A stretch of DNA of 64,000 bases from the human T2T-CHM13v2.0 reference genome, Homo sapiens, in NCBI RefSeq assembly GCF_009914755.1, contig NC_060926.1; one strand, given 5' to 3'. A model generated the notes under the pieces. The model did no database searches and had not been told where the DNA came from. It was given only the letters and a program-made list of their open reading frames with translations. Position 1 is the stretch's first letter. Each line of letters starts with the position of its first letter. The position numbers were made by a program, and so were the translations under genes. Positions 13,168 to 28,939 of the stretch are shown in pieces.

Positions 13168-13610
13168 GAGAGTTTCAAAGTGTGGGTCTGAGGCAGAAGC
13201 ACCTGGGGCAATTGTTAGAACACATCTCTTGAGAGCATAAATTGGATCATATCATTCCTCTGCTAAAAACCACTCAACAGCTGCCCATTGCAATTCGAAG
13301 GAAATCATGCCCAAGTTTTACACTCCTCACTACAGAGCACAGGACATGCCCCTGGCTGCCCTCAGACCTTGTAGGTTGCCCCGCTTCCCTCCCCAACTCT
13401 CCCTGCCAACTCTACCCTTCTTTGCAGCCCCCCATTCACACAAAGTCTTTCCTCCTTACTCAAGTCTCAGAAAAGCCATCCCTGTCCATACTAGCAAGTA
13501 CAGCTCCACACAACCATATATCAATCTATTATATCTTAAATGTACATTATTTATCAAACTCTAAATTTCACTTATTTATGATGCATTTATAGGCTATTTC
13601 CCTGCCCCCT

Positions 13611-13655
<45 letters not shown>

Positions 13656-13883
13656 TTAAAGCTTCATGAAGGCAGTAAATTGTCTTATAAAACAGAGATA
13701 GTTCTAGCACTGAGAACATGAAGCATGAAGTAATACTGTGTACCTATTGTCCAAGAAAATGCCGCTGACTAAGCACTACCTCAGACCCGTGGAGCTTCTA
13801 TCTAGAGGAGCAAGGGTCTGGGATCTGCATTATAAATAGTTCTCTAGATGACTTCCATGCACATTCATGTTTCAAAACTCCAG
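13168..13883. mobile_element. MER5 split in two (13168-13220 and 13755-13883) by an L2 fragment
   Basis: Left half 'tcaaagtgtggg...cacctggggcaattgttagaa' and right half 'aatgc...ggatctgcatt...gatgacttccatgcacattcatgtttcaaaac' rejoin into the MER5 consensus. Confidence 0.6.
13225..13754 (+). mobile_element. L2 3' fragment containing (CA)19 at 13615-13652
   Basis: 'gatcatatcattcctctgctaaaaacc...ctcagaaaagccatccctg...aagcttcatgaaggcag' are L2 motifs. Confidence 0.75.
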
Positions 13884-14668
13884 ATAATGAATGCTTCAGC
13901 CAGGGGTGGAACAGATGCCCCTAACTCCTGATGCCCTGCTCTCCATGACACCAACCAGCAGGTTTCCAATGGTCTATTTCAAATGGCTGCTCCAGCAGGA
14001 GAGTTGTTTGGAGATTCATACTGGGCTTTAATTGTAGATGTTGTGGATGCAGATTAAGTGGTACCTCAAACTGCTCTTCCAAAAATCAATATTTCTGTCT
14101 CTTATGTGGGCCTGGGCTTTGATGGGAAGCCTCAGATGTATTAGTTCAGGCGGACAGAGAGAACATTCTACAAGGAGCTGGGCGTATGCATGGTGGATTC
14201 ATTGGCCACGGAATCTTGGGAAACTTGAGTAACTGTTCAGGGTATCATTTTCCTCATCTGCAAAGGGAGGGTATTGAGTTAGATGATCTCTACAGTCCCT
14301 TTCCCCTAGAAACTTTTGGGTGCCAAGTTATTCCAATTATTCGAAAGAGCCCTTGCAGTTGTATTCAGGATTGTGAAAGGGACTCTGAACAGCCCAGCAC
14401 TTCTGACATTTGTCCCAGCCCAACCACACTCATCTAACCCCTGCCTAATGCCAAGTGGCTTGCCTTGTGTCAGAAAATCAAGAACATATCCCATTCACTT
14501 TGAAAAACAAAATGCATGTGTGTTGAGTCCATCTGATTCCACTTAGATGCCAGTAAGGGATGTTTTGGTTGAGCACCTGATAGGATACTCAATTGTTTTA
14601 TTTGTTATAAAATTCTAACATCTGTCAATGACCCAAATAGAATGTTCCTCTGCCTTTCATCTTTACAC

Positions 14669-14702
<34 letters not shown>

Positions 14703-14713
14703 CACACACACAC
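14669..14713. repeat. (CA)n microsatellite, one interruption
   Basis: Seen directly. Confidence 0.95.
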
Positions 14714-16657
14714 TTTGGAGAACCTACTAAAGGGAATCCACACTTGTTCCTTTAAGGAACTCTCAAGCTAGAGTGTCAAGCTTCATGTCTTAACTTGAAA
14801 ATAAAGGTGGAATAATATCATCCTGGTTTTCATAAAGGAAAGGGAAGGGCTATCTTTATTTGCCAGAACTGGCACTAAGCAGTCCCTGGTGTTCACTGCC
14901 AGGCAGTTATTTAAAACAGGAGCCAGTTGGTGTATGATGGGGGTGGCATGGTGCTAGCGGTAGATAGGAGGCAAAGCTGGTGAATAAGCAAAGGTATGAC
15001 TGGGTGATCACATTCAGAAAGCAGGCAGGATTAGATCATTTTAGTTACATACGCCAAAAGGAAGGGGCTGAAAAAGAAGAGTAAAATTTACCACTACGTT
15101 AAAGTTTTTCTTAACTAAACTTCTAGAAATTTGCTTCTCAATGTTGGTTGAGATTCCTTTTTAGTCCCCAGTACTTACAACACATCTATCCTTGGCATAT
15201 AAGATCCCTTCAATTTAGAAGGAAAACATATCAGCTGATGAATTACAAATACACTCCCCTTTCAGTGTCACTCTATATTTAAATGAGTTTAGATGATTTA
15301 TATGTATGAATGCAAATATAAGATGCATGAGGTGTGCATATAAGCGGACTACCTGATTTCTTAAGCCTCACACACAAATCAGTCTCCTTACTTTAGGTCT
15401 CACTTCTTATGTGAAAGATAACTGATGGTATCACGTTTCCATGTTAAAAAAAATATGAATTATCAAGCACTTCATTTGGGTGCTTCTGTTTATACATTGA
15501 TGCCCAAAAATCCATGCTGGGAAAAAGAAAAAACGTGTTGTAAATTTGATGAGGCCACACCACCTAATAAGGACCAGCCAGCGTTATTTGTTCAATAAAT
15601 AAGCAACGGGGTTGGGAAACAGGCCTGGACCTTCACTTTCCCCAACATATAAATGTGGTCTCCTTTATCAGACATTACCCTGTTGTTGACAGTTAGCCGG
15701 TACACAGATACAGGGTTCCATTAAGACTGTCTACTTTCCTATTTCAACAGGCATTGTAGATGTGATCAAGAGTCTGTAAATGCTACTTAAAACACTAACT
15801 GCATTATACAATAGTGTAAAATGTTAGTCAAGGAAAAATGATTACTAAGTACTAGAAAGGGAATTATAATAGTATATTTGAGGGCTAGCAGAATTTTTGT
15901 AACCTGTATCAGCTAAGATAAGAGTATCTATTGGTCATTACCAGAAAGTACATTTCCCCTCATCAGTCCTATATGGTAAACTACTGTTTAAAATGCAAGA
16001 GTTAAAAATTACACAAAGATCTCATAGTTTCTATTTGGAATATTCTTAGCCAAGTCCTTCAGTGGAATTACCCCCACCAAGCTCCTTTCTGTGGAAGCTA
16101 CATTTTATCAATCATGTGAAGACAGACCTCATTAATTCATTGGATCCTCTTAAAAAAACACATCTTCAGGTTGAAAGGGGACCATCTAAAGAGAGAGAGG
16201 GCTCTCTAACTTCTGACAGTTGTTCTTTGTGATTTAATAATGTCAAGGGAGGGATTAGAGAAGGGAGGGTAGGAACAGATCTAGAATTTTCTAGGAAGCC
16301 AGTCTAAGCAAGGCTCTAAGAAAAGTCACTGAAAATGTCAGCCCAGCCAACAGAGAAAGGCTCGGAGAGCAGCTAAGACATGGCATATACATTTTCATCT
16401 ATTCAATCTGACCCTGGGCCCACTGCCATAATCTTTTTTAAGGTTAGTGGTGGGAAGGCTGCCACCTGAATGTTTGTAGAGGTCTCCTAACATCCTCCAC
16501 TGAGGAACCTTAAACCTCAGGTACTATTTCAGAGGAAATGGACAGTGCAAAACAGACAGAAAATTAACTGCAGCAGACCTTGGACCTAAATAAGTTCCAC
16601 CAGCCTTTCTGAAATCACTTTAATGGCTGGGGATTGGGGGAGTGGAGGGGTGAATGG

Positions 16658-16706
16658 TGTGTGTATTTGTGTGTGTGTGTTCGTGTGTGTGTTTGTGTGT
16701 GTGTGT
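16658..16706. repeat. Interrupted (GT)n microsatellite
   Basis: Seen directly. Confidence 0.9.
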
Positions 16707-19326
16707 TTCCCCAACTTGGGCCCTGGCCCAAGTATTTTAATAGGTACAACACAGAGAAGAGAAAAAAGAAAAAAATATTTAAAAGGAACAATTTAAGCAA
16801 TTTAAAAATTCTTTGCAAAAAATAATATAAAGCAAGACTTTAACAAAATTGCAGCTATAGCAAGTCTATGAGGGTAACTTAGTAAAATACTCTGTGGATG
16901 GCTGCAAACCTCTAATGGAAAGTTGTATAAGTGGCTGAGGCCAAAGTAGGCATTAATTACAATGAAAAATCAGTTTAGAGTAGGCCACAACTAAATTGGA
17001 AGCTGGTCCTCTAGGTAAAACAAAGAAAGTGAACAGCAGCCTCAGATTTGATTACATGGCAATACAAGAAAAATGTGCTGTATGTTGTCTATTATTAAAG
17101 CTGCTTTGGGGCCCTGTGTTGCGTGCCTCAGGGATTCTAATAAAAAATTAGTAATAGGTCTGCTGCCCTGGCTCACTGTGGCTTTTTGGAGTATTTGTGG
17201 GTTCAGGGCTGGTCCTGCAGTGCAAATTAAGTCATTTCAGACAAGCAGCCTCAGAAAGTGTTATGTGATAGCAAAGTTCAAATACTACAATTTGGCTCTA
17301 AAAGGACACAGCCCCCCACTGGAGTCTGATTCAGAGTTTCAAAGAAATAATAAAATTTCATCAGAATGAGGAGGAGGGGGAAATGAAAAGTAAGAAAAAG
17401 GAAAAAAGGGAAGCAACTAGTTGTTTCTGTGTGTCTTTGATTACTGTTGCCAAATACTGGTTCTGGTATATAAACTACAGAAGTACCTAAAATATTGCCA
17501 GTGAGTGAGTTAATGGCAGACAAGGCAATGGTTAACCTGGGATTTTTTTTTTTTTGCCTTACAAATGTTAACTCTATAACTCTTTTTATATTGATGTAGT
17601 GATATTAATAATATTGTCTTTATTACTAACACCACTGGGTCCATGGCATAACTGTATATATCTGAGCCATGAAACATTAACAAAAGTTCACCCTGATTAA
17701 GAAATCAAGCTAGTGAATCTATATTCTTTCAAAGAGGAAAATGTCTGGAGACAATTATGTCCTATAAAAGAGTTATGTAAAGGAGATATTTCCCAACTTT
17801 TTCTAGGTTTGCAACAGACCTGATCGCTGGCATTTGCTATCAGAGACAGTCCCTGGTCCCATCCAAGGAAAGACAAAAATGTGATACAGTTCAAATCCTG
17901 ATGAATGCTGTGCAGATAAAAAAAAAACTGTGGGTGCGTGGGTAGGAGGTACATTTTCAACCTGGACCTTTGCCTGAATGCTGAATAGGCTTAACAAGGA
18001 GACAGAGGAAGAGTTGGCATGTGACCTATAAAAGAAGCGTATGCCTGTGTGAGCACGTGTGTGTGTGGTGGCAGGGTATGCTGGGGTGGAGGGGGTGGTG
18101 TGAGGCAGAAAGAAAATTGAACTTTAATCCAAATAATTCAAAAATTCTTTGTGATAGGAATTTTTTAAAGTTTCATAAATAAGGGAAATATCAATTTATG
18201 TCCATGAGGAATTTTCCTCATCCAACATCAAATAAGACCCAGTTTTAAGGCTTGCCTAATCTGTTGTTGGCAGAGGATGTGGCTGCATAACTTAATTGAT
18301 TTCAAGAGGTTTTAGGAAATCTCTATTGGCCCCAAACACCTTCTTCTCCTATCTGATTACTAATACCTGAAATTATATGAGTTAGAGAGCTATTCCTTTA
18401 GTTTAAAGCATTGGCTGCTATTAAAATGCAAATTATCCCGGAAAATCATCTTAACATGGGAGTGAATAAAGAAACAGAAAGCACAGGAAGTCATATGGAG
18501 GACAATTGGATAGGGAGTTGGTCTAAGAAGACTGAGAACAAACTTCATCAAAGCCATAACTTCTCTAAGGGTCATCTCTCAGAGCTGCAAACATTCTCTA
18601 TGAAATCAAGGAAGAGTTGCCTTCTGCTAAGGACGGAAGCAGGAGAATGAGAAGGTGCACTTCACATGGGAAATCACCACAGTTTCAGAGGACGGAGGTC
18701 ATATAGACTTCCAAAATAATCATGCCTCTCCATTCAGGCCCACCACGAATATCTGCAGCGCATTTACAAGTTGTCAAATGCTGTTTGAGCTGCTGTGAAA
18801 TCAGAAGTGGAAAGATAGTTCTCTTTGTTATCATCCCCAGGTTCCTAGGGGCCAAAGTCTCATACAATTTTGCTCTTCTCAAGTTGTTGAAAAGACAGAG
18901 TCAAAACGCACAAGGAGAACATGTGAGAAAGAAAAGATCAGCAACATAAAAAAGACAGTGAGAGTCACAGTTTAGCTCAAGTACACAAAGACCTGGTAAC
19001 ACTAACATTCATTCAAAGTTATCAACTGGAAGACAGTAACAGGTAGCTTTGTTTCTTCCAGGACCTTGGTTGGGGTGAGCATACCATATTTCTTTTCTGA
19101 TTATATTCACTAAAAACCTGGGTGGCAATGACTAATGTGTTGTACTCCAGCAACAACACGAGTTTCAAAACAAACTGTGCACTATCACCTTCTACTGATA
19201 ATGCATTACATCATCTTAAATATTTTCAAAGTAGGGTACCCAGTTTTTCAGGAGTTACATAATGATCTTGATAAGGATAATTCATATGTATCTCTTGTTC
19301 AATAAATAGCAGTCTACCGAGTTAAG

Positions 19327-19329
19327 ATA

Positions 19330-19382
<53 letters not shown>
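19327..19382. repeat. (TA)n microsatellite, about 23 pure units from 19336
   Basis: Seen directly. Confidence 0.97.
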
Positions 19383-19384
<2 letters not shown>

Positions 19385-20188
19385 AGGAATCTCAGAATAA
19401 AAACCTCAGAATGGAAAAATCACATATTGAGATTTGAAGCAATGATAGACTACTTCTGTTTATACATATACTTCTATAGACTATTTTTAACACCCTTTCA
19501 AAGTGGAGATTTTTCCATAATTCTTTACCAACAGATAATCTTATAAAAGTAAAACTTTCCAACCTGTATATTTTTTCTCAGTGCTTATTACTCCTTTCTT
19601 GACCTATGTCATCTGCACAAAAACTTCATGCAGAGGCTTCACTAAGCCCACAGGCACTCAGTATTGAAATAATAAGTATACATATTCCCATATTATTCAA
19701 TGATATTTTATGTGGAAGTCAAAATACTTACTGAAATTTAAACTGAATTCATTGAATAAATCTCTAGCTCCAGATGAGTATGGAAAGAAACATAGAAATT
19801 TCTAGTAGAGCTGTCTCCTGTACAGAGTTCTAATTGCCAAGCTGTAAAATGTAAGTGTTTAGTATGCCATATGTGGAGGGATAGATATACAGAATTCACA
19901 AGTCCCCAGATCTTCAGCCAGTCCCATAAGGCAGGGCCTGTGTTGACCTTAAATCTTAGTTGCAACTGAATCACCATTACTCATGACAGCACCTAGCACA
20001 CAGCAGGCAATAAATATTTGCTGAATGGTTGATGGCGATGTCAGAAAAGTCTTGGTAACACTTGCTAAACACGAAAAGATGTCCATTATTAGCATTTAGG
20101 AACCTCAAAGTATACATAACAGCAAATTTTTTATGTCAAGTTTCTTCTTTGGGACAATAGTCCCAAAGGGACAAGTCTTTGGAATCAA

Positions 20189-20191
<3 letters not shown>

Positions 20192-20235
<44 letters not shown>
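20192..20235. repeat. (GT)22 microsatellite
   Basis: Seen directly. Confidence 0.97.
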
Positions 20236-20237
<2 letters not shown>

Positions 20238-20839
20238 ATCCTTCAGCTTAGCCTTTAGGAATAAAGCCCAGTCCCTCTCTGCAAAACATTCATCATTTAA
20301 CAGGTGAGGCAGACAGACAGAAACCCAATAACAATACAGTGTGGTAAGTGTCATAATATCATAGATAGCATTAGTAGAAAAAAGTTTTATGAAAGCACAG
20401 TAAAGGCAACTTTCTCCTCTTGCTTCCTAGGGATGAGGTATTAGAGCTGGACTGAACTGAGGCCCAGCTCCAAGAGAAGTTGCCAACAGCAGTCATTGGG
20501 AACTTTTACAAGCTATTGTAGTAAAAGGTTTAAGGGGAGGCTATGATGCAAGGAACTGAAGAGTGAAGAGAAAAAGAGTTGTGAGAAGGAAGGGATTTGA
20601 AGAGATTGGGTGTTCACTGGAGGAAGATGTATAGCACCCGAAATGGAGAACCAAGAAAGAGGGAATACCTAACGGAGCAATGGTCTCACATGCAGGATGC
20701 AGTCTCCAGGAATTATCCTTAAAGGGAGTTGCTATTTCTTTTTTCAAACCAATAGAGAAGGCGGTGTAAAAGGACAAAATATAAATAAACTTGGAATTAA
20801 ATAGAAAAGGAAGTTAAGAGCACTGCTACCTAATAAACA

Positions 20840-21060
20840 CAAAATAGCTACAATTGAGGATCGACTGTGTTCTAAGCTCTTTGAACACATCATGTAATTG
20901 GATTTTCCCAACAATCCTATGAAGTAAGGAAGGTTTTCAAAACAAGGGAAAAAAATGTTTAGAAAGATTAAGTCAACTAGCCAGGGTCACGCAGATGGTA
21001 AGTGGTAGGGCCAAAGTTCTAATTTAGCAAACTCCAGCGTCTATGAGCCCATCATTCATG
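20840..21060 (-). mobile_element. MIR
   Basis: 'caacaatcctatgaagtaag...gattaagtcaactagccagggtcacgcagatggtaagtgg'. Confidence 0.75.
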
Positions 21061-21695
21061 ACCTTACTTTTCTTTATAAAAGTAGGGTGGCAGGTTGTTC
21101 ACTAAAAGAAAGGAGACTAAGACCAAGTTGGTAGTTTTTAGCAAGTGATAATATATTAGAAGGAATAAAAATGGGTTAACTTGCCATTAAAAAGGCATTT
21201 TCAGCAGCTTTAAAAGTTCAGCTGAGGTTGGAAATCACACATTTGAATCAATCACTGAAGTCACAAAATTTTCGTCAGCAGTGGCAAAAGGGGAGAAAAG
21301 TATTTGGGCTGACCCGGACTTGGAAGGGAATAAAGTCAATAATAAGCTGAAGGTTGAGATAGTATGTAGTTGAAATGATTGACTGCTGTGTCCAGGTCAA
21401 ATGAGAGACCGTGATTATAAAAGGGAAGATAAGGAGGGGTACAAAGATCTTGATGGAGGTGAACTGACATGAAGGCATGGGAGGGATGAACTATAGATGA
21501 TACCTAGGAAGAAAAAATTCAGAGTTATAGGTTAAAGAGATTAAATAGTAATGTGATAATCTAAGCCATACAGTTGAGTTGCTAAAGGACTGAAGGTGAG
21601 AGATAATGAAAAAAAAGAACACACAGGAAACATTGCTAAGATGTTGTTACATTATCAAACTGGGGTTTGGATATTCCTCAGAAAATAGAAGGAGA

Positions 21696-22046
<351 letters not shown>

Positions 22047-22127
22047 TTAGACAGAAAGACCTAAATGGAACAGAATCCTAAAGGAAATTGGAGACATTAC
22101 TTGAAAATGAGTAAGGACCCACGGGAG

Positions 22128-22212
22128 AGATAGATAGATGAATGGATGGATGGTGAATGGATGCATGAATAGATGGATGATGAATGGTGAATGATGAATG
22201 GATGAGAGATGG
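22128..22212. repeat. Degenerate (GATG/GAAT)n simple repeat
   Basis: Seen directly. Confidence 0.85.
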
Positions 22213-22384
22213 AAAATGGTCATGTACTTCAGAGAAGACTGTTAAAGATAATGTGCACTGTCTTAAAATAGCAAAACGAATAGACTAATTATGCCACCAT
22301 TTGTTTCACCTAAAGGTATGCCACTTTCCTCAAAGAGAATAACAGGTTGGAGACAACCAAAATTTAAAAGTAAGCTACATAAAA

Positions 22385-22545
22385 ACAATAGCACCAAAAC
22401 ATGAGTAGTGGTTCTCTTTGCATGATGGTATTATGTGATTTTTGTGTGATTTTTATTTTTCCCTTTGTATTTTCTTACACTTTCCAAATGTTCCGTAATC
22501 AACACATACAACTTTCAGAATGTGAAAAGTTAATGTTTTGAGAAA
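22385..22545 (+). mobile_element. L1ME-type 3' end
   Basis: 'gtggttctctttgcatgatggtattatgtgattttt...ttccaaatgttccgtaatcaacacata'. Confidence 0.6.
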
Positions 22546-25398
22546 AAATACCACACTACAGACATAAAAGACACTAGAAATATAAACATGCTGTGGGCCA
22601 TGGTGGAAGGCCTGGAAATTTTTCATATTTTAAGTTGTATACACACTTTTAGGCATACATATTTTTTCTGTATATGTATGTGTGTGTATGTGTATATGTG
22701 TAGGCATGTGTGTGTACTTAGGCTTTAAACATGGGTATAGAGGACACTAACACATACATGCTACCCCCCAGGAAGAAAGTCAACATTAAGTAATTCTATT
22801 TACTATAACAGCAACAATTTCACCCTGAAAACCTGAGCTAAATGTCAAGATTTCTCCCTCAGATTCTGTGGGTGGTCAGCTTTTATTAAAGAATAAATAT
22901 ATCAATATTGCTTGATGATGGTAATAAATAACCAGACCTATAGAGGTCTTCTGAGTGTAACCATTCTGTTTGCTTCTCTTTTGATCCAAGCACTAGCATT
23001 GGGACCTCGTTTTTTTCTATCCACTGTAGGGGGTCCCAGACTGTGGCGCCCATTCCACTGGCTTTCCGCATACTGCTGTTTGGAAAGGCGTGCTCAGGGA
23101 CATGAGGGCATAAAGGATTCAGACACAGAATGAAGCCTCTCCTTATGGAAACAATTATGTGGCAGATTCCACTTGGTTTTAAGAAGCAGGCTGTAGAAGG
23201 GAAAAGGAAATCCCCCTTTATTTGCAGGAGGGTCCCTGAAAATGTAGCCTGGGAATATTGTTCTACCCAGCTCAAGATGCTCTGGCCCACAGTAGGAGCC
23301 TTGATTGGTTCTACTTTCAGATCTTTAAAGAAGAGATAGTACTGTTTCTTCCACAAAGATTCTTCTGCATGTGCTAGTATCAATAAACACTTTGATCAAG
23401 GCATGCTTTCTAAGTCAATAGTTGGCATCATGCATATGTCTTAAGCCAAAGGAAATGATTCTGACAGTAATACATTTGAGAGCCGAAAACATGGACAAGG
23501 AACCAAACACAAACCCAAACTTTGGGAAACTTAGGATCAGCATTAAACATGCCGCAGCACATCACCCAAACCACCACGCTCTAATATGTCAGCCAACAGA
23601 AAATAAGCACTTGTTTTTTAATCTTTCCAAGGCTGTTCTCATAAGGTTTTCTAGGACTATTTCTTCCAAAGTTACACAAAAGGAGGAAAAAAACTGAAAT
23701 AACAACTTCACAGGAAAGCCACGTTTAGAGGCATTTTCTAGTCTTGCCCATCTACCCTTCCACACAGAAAAAAACCTCAGAGACAAACTCAGGAAAAAAA
23801 AAAATCTTTCCAAAAGCACTCTAATTATTTTTTCCTGCATCACCATCATTCAGTTGAACCAAAGCTTCTGTGTTTATTACTGTCCCAACTACTACTAATG
23901 AACAAAAAAGGGCTTACATTCCATGAATCTGAGATTTTTTACCTTTTTCAAATGTATCCTAAAGCCCTCCTTAGTCAATATTTCCACAAACCAACAGTAG
24001 TAATTAATCCAGGTTTTACTTAAGCTAACAAATGATTCCCCTTCATGATAGCCGTGTAAGCTGATTCATGAATTTGCTAATGTTCTCCAGGTTGCTGACA
24101 GAGCCCACTGTTACACAGTAAAGGGGGAAATCATGAGTGATATTAAGACTCTCCTCCCTACTTGTTAAAGTAAAAGCAAGAATTTCAGCAGTTCTGAGGG
24201 CCTCGTCTGTACCACAAAAGTTTTGCCTCTGCTGGCCACTCCAGATCTTGTGCTGATCTTCTCATCCTAGAGGTCTCACTGCCTCTGTGTCCTGAAGCAG
24301 ACATACCCTAGGCCTTCTGAGATAAACACACAATCTCCTGCCTGCTCTACATCAGGCAGTCTGAAGGCAGAGAGGACCTGCAGATACTTGAAAGAAACAG
24401 CTCATCTGCTTTGGGAACCAGGGAAATTCATGCCACACTTCCAGGATCACTGGTCTCAGGAGGATTTAACTCAAGCTTGGAGTAAGAGTTGACATCCACA
24501 ATGTCATCATCATCTAATTCTGTTTCCTCTTTCCCTGCCTTCCTTTGTCCTAGAAGCATTCTGTGATGACTAACAAACTGATTTATTCTGATTAAAAATA
24601 GTAGCTATCATTATTCAAATGCTCCCTCTCAATTTCTTCTATAATCTTAAGATACTGATAGACAGAGATAAAGACATAGCGAGAGAGAGACAGAGATAAA
24701 TTACTGACTTGAGCCTTGGCCTGGGAATTAAGACTTGGCAGCTAAACTGCCACTGTTTGCCCTGCCATATTGAAAGATCTGCCCATCTAAAAAGCCATGG
24801 GGTAAAATAGACATTGCTAAGGCTATCGCTGAGGTATGGTAGTCCTAGGAAACCTTATGAGAACAGCTCTGGGAGGAAAAAAATGTTTCTTTTCTATGGG
24901 CTGACACATTAAAGAAGGGTGTGGGGTGACGTGCTGTGACATGTTGAATGCAGATCCTAAATTTCACAAAGTTTGGGTGTGTGTTTCATTCCTTGTCCAT
25001 GTTTTCAGTTCCCAAATGTATTACTGTGAGAATCATTTCCTTTGGTCTAAGGCAGACATTAGAACCTGATCCATTATTTTCTAACTTTCTAGCTCTAATG
25101 CTCGATGTTCTGAGTGTGGAGAAAAAGCAGAATATCCTAAAGAAGTTGCTTTGATGGTTGTGATTTCATGATAATTGAGGTAGTTGATGTTGGCAGAAGG
25201 AAAAGGGACACTAGCAAAATTGAAATTAAAAATCAGTGCCAAAATGCTTCGGGTTACATAGGGAAAAAACAAGCTAAACTAAACCAAAAACCCTCTTACT
25301 ATTCTACTATGCTTTTTTTGGCCCCACCCCTACTCTAGAGAAAGGAGCCTATGTAAATGCAACCAACATAAGTTGAAGAAAGCAAGGCAGCATAATAG

Positions 25399-25795
<397 letters not shown>

Positions 25796-25858
25796 TGTTT
25801 TGTTTTTAATCATTACTATTGACCTCCATTTTCCTCAGCTTTAAAATTCATTAAATCT

Positions 25859-27095
<1,237 letters not shown>

Positions 27096-28939
27096 GAAAT
27101 AATATGGTTTCAACTTTTTTTTTTTTTTTGCTTTACCATTCGTAACAGATTGGAAAATCTATATCTATAATTAGTATGTTCATATCCCAATTTCTTTATG
27201 TTAAGACTATTTGAAAAGAAAGAGAGAACAAAAAAAAAAAAGAAGGAAGGCAGTTGGGAGGAAGGCAATAAGAAAGTGAAAGGGATCAATTGATTATTAG
27301 GAGATTTACAACCTAACAGTGTATTATATCCCTAGGCTCAGGCTGCTTCCGATAGAGGGAACACTCCTGAAGGGCTTTCAGTCAAATCTTAAAAACTCTT
27401 AATTTTGTTTCCCCACTGATACACGTCTTTTAATGTTCTTAAGTCATTCCTGGTAGATCTTCCACTAGAAATGGCTCATAACCTTTTAACTTGAAGTTTA
27501 TCTACCTCCAACCTTTCAAATAATTAAATATTTAAATGCTCTGGGAAGCTGGCTTTTGTGAAGCAAGAACCTTTTGCAATGCAAATTTTCACTCTTAATT
27601 TCTCTGCTGGGTAAAATAAGAGTTACAGGGATTGGGTTTTCTTCTGATGTGTGTAAAATGGAATACATTTCTCCATCTTCTGGGTTCTGGGATGTCCACT
27701 CAGTGTCAGAAGGCACCTCTCACAGAACAATCACAAGACAGACAGGAAAAGAGGACATAATGGGAAAAGACAAACCAATCTTAATCGACTCTGGTTTATC
27801 TTCCAAGGTGCCGACTGGTACTTTTCTTTAATATCAACTGCCCTGTGTGGAACTGGAACAAGCCTGGACCGCCAGCAGCCTCCAAAGTTGGGCAGGCTGG
27901 TGCTTACAGGTGAACCACTGGGCACCAGAATTTTTCGTGCCAGTTTCCATCCCTGATGAGCCTCTCATCACCTGTCCAGCAAGAAGCAAGAAAAGCAGGA
28001 GTGCAATTCACTAAACCCAGAGCCCTGGCCCTGCCAGTGACCCCCTACCTGTGGGAAATCAGTGTGTTTACATCTGTTAGAGGAAGGGTTAATCTAGGTT
28101 CTGTATTTGCATCCACCTTTAGCTTCTGTTTTGTATATTTCTTACACACTACTGTCCCATAATTTTTCTTCCATAAATTATTCTAAGGCAAGCAAATGTT
28201 TCCCTAATACCCTCTTCATTTACTAAGAGAAAATGAGAGAACTTTTTGCCCCCTGAATTTCATTTTAAGGACATAAATACGTGCATTTGAGCAAGTGTGG
28301 ACAAAGAAGAAGAAAAGAGGGACAGGGCTGAGGCGGGGAGGACTGCAGTACCAGGATTCAACAGAGCCTTGTCTCTGCTGTCTTCATCTGCATTAAATTG
28401 GTCACGACCTTCCAGGTGTCTTTAAGGTTGAAGTGTTTGCTGGACCATTTCGAGCAGAGCCCGCTGGTCCACATGGCCCTTCTGACATCAAGAGACAGCT
28501 TTTAAAAGAACAGAAGCACCTTGTCAGGGCTCAGGGGTCACTAATAGCCTGCCTTGGGCCCTCCAATAGGTCATGTTCGGCTTCCTCGTCCAACACAAAG
28601 GGAAAGGCGAGGGAGGCTGGGGAGGGTAGGGGGATAATTATCATTCTGGTGTTTTTTTCCTCAGGCCTGGAGTTATGCTCCATGTCACTGTGTTAATGTG
28701 CCTGCAACCAGGGAGACACATAATGCTCCTCTCAGCCCTGTTTATTAGCAAGATCCATTTGCAAAAGGCCCTTCTTTTGTGCCACAATATGAATGTGCTT
28801 TGATGGCAAATAATTACGGCAGTCCTTTTGACATGAAGATCCACAGGCTGCCCTAGTTAAGCCAGTAATTAGCCTGTCCTCCTTTTTTTATTATTATTAT
28901 TGAGAAACTACAAATTATCCTCATGTGCGCCGGCCATTG

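Noticed and set aside
16628-16652. G-rich tract before (GT)n as a G-quadruplex
   Set aside because: Only three runs of three or more G; non-canonical and weak.
22886-23383. Longest ORF (165 aa, minus strand)
   Set aside because: No recognisable domain, non-ATG start, no supporting splice signals.
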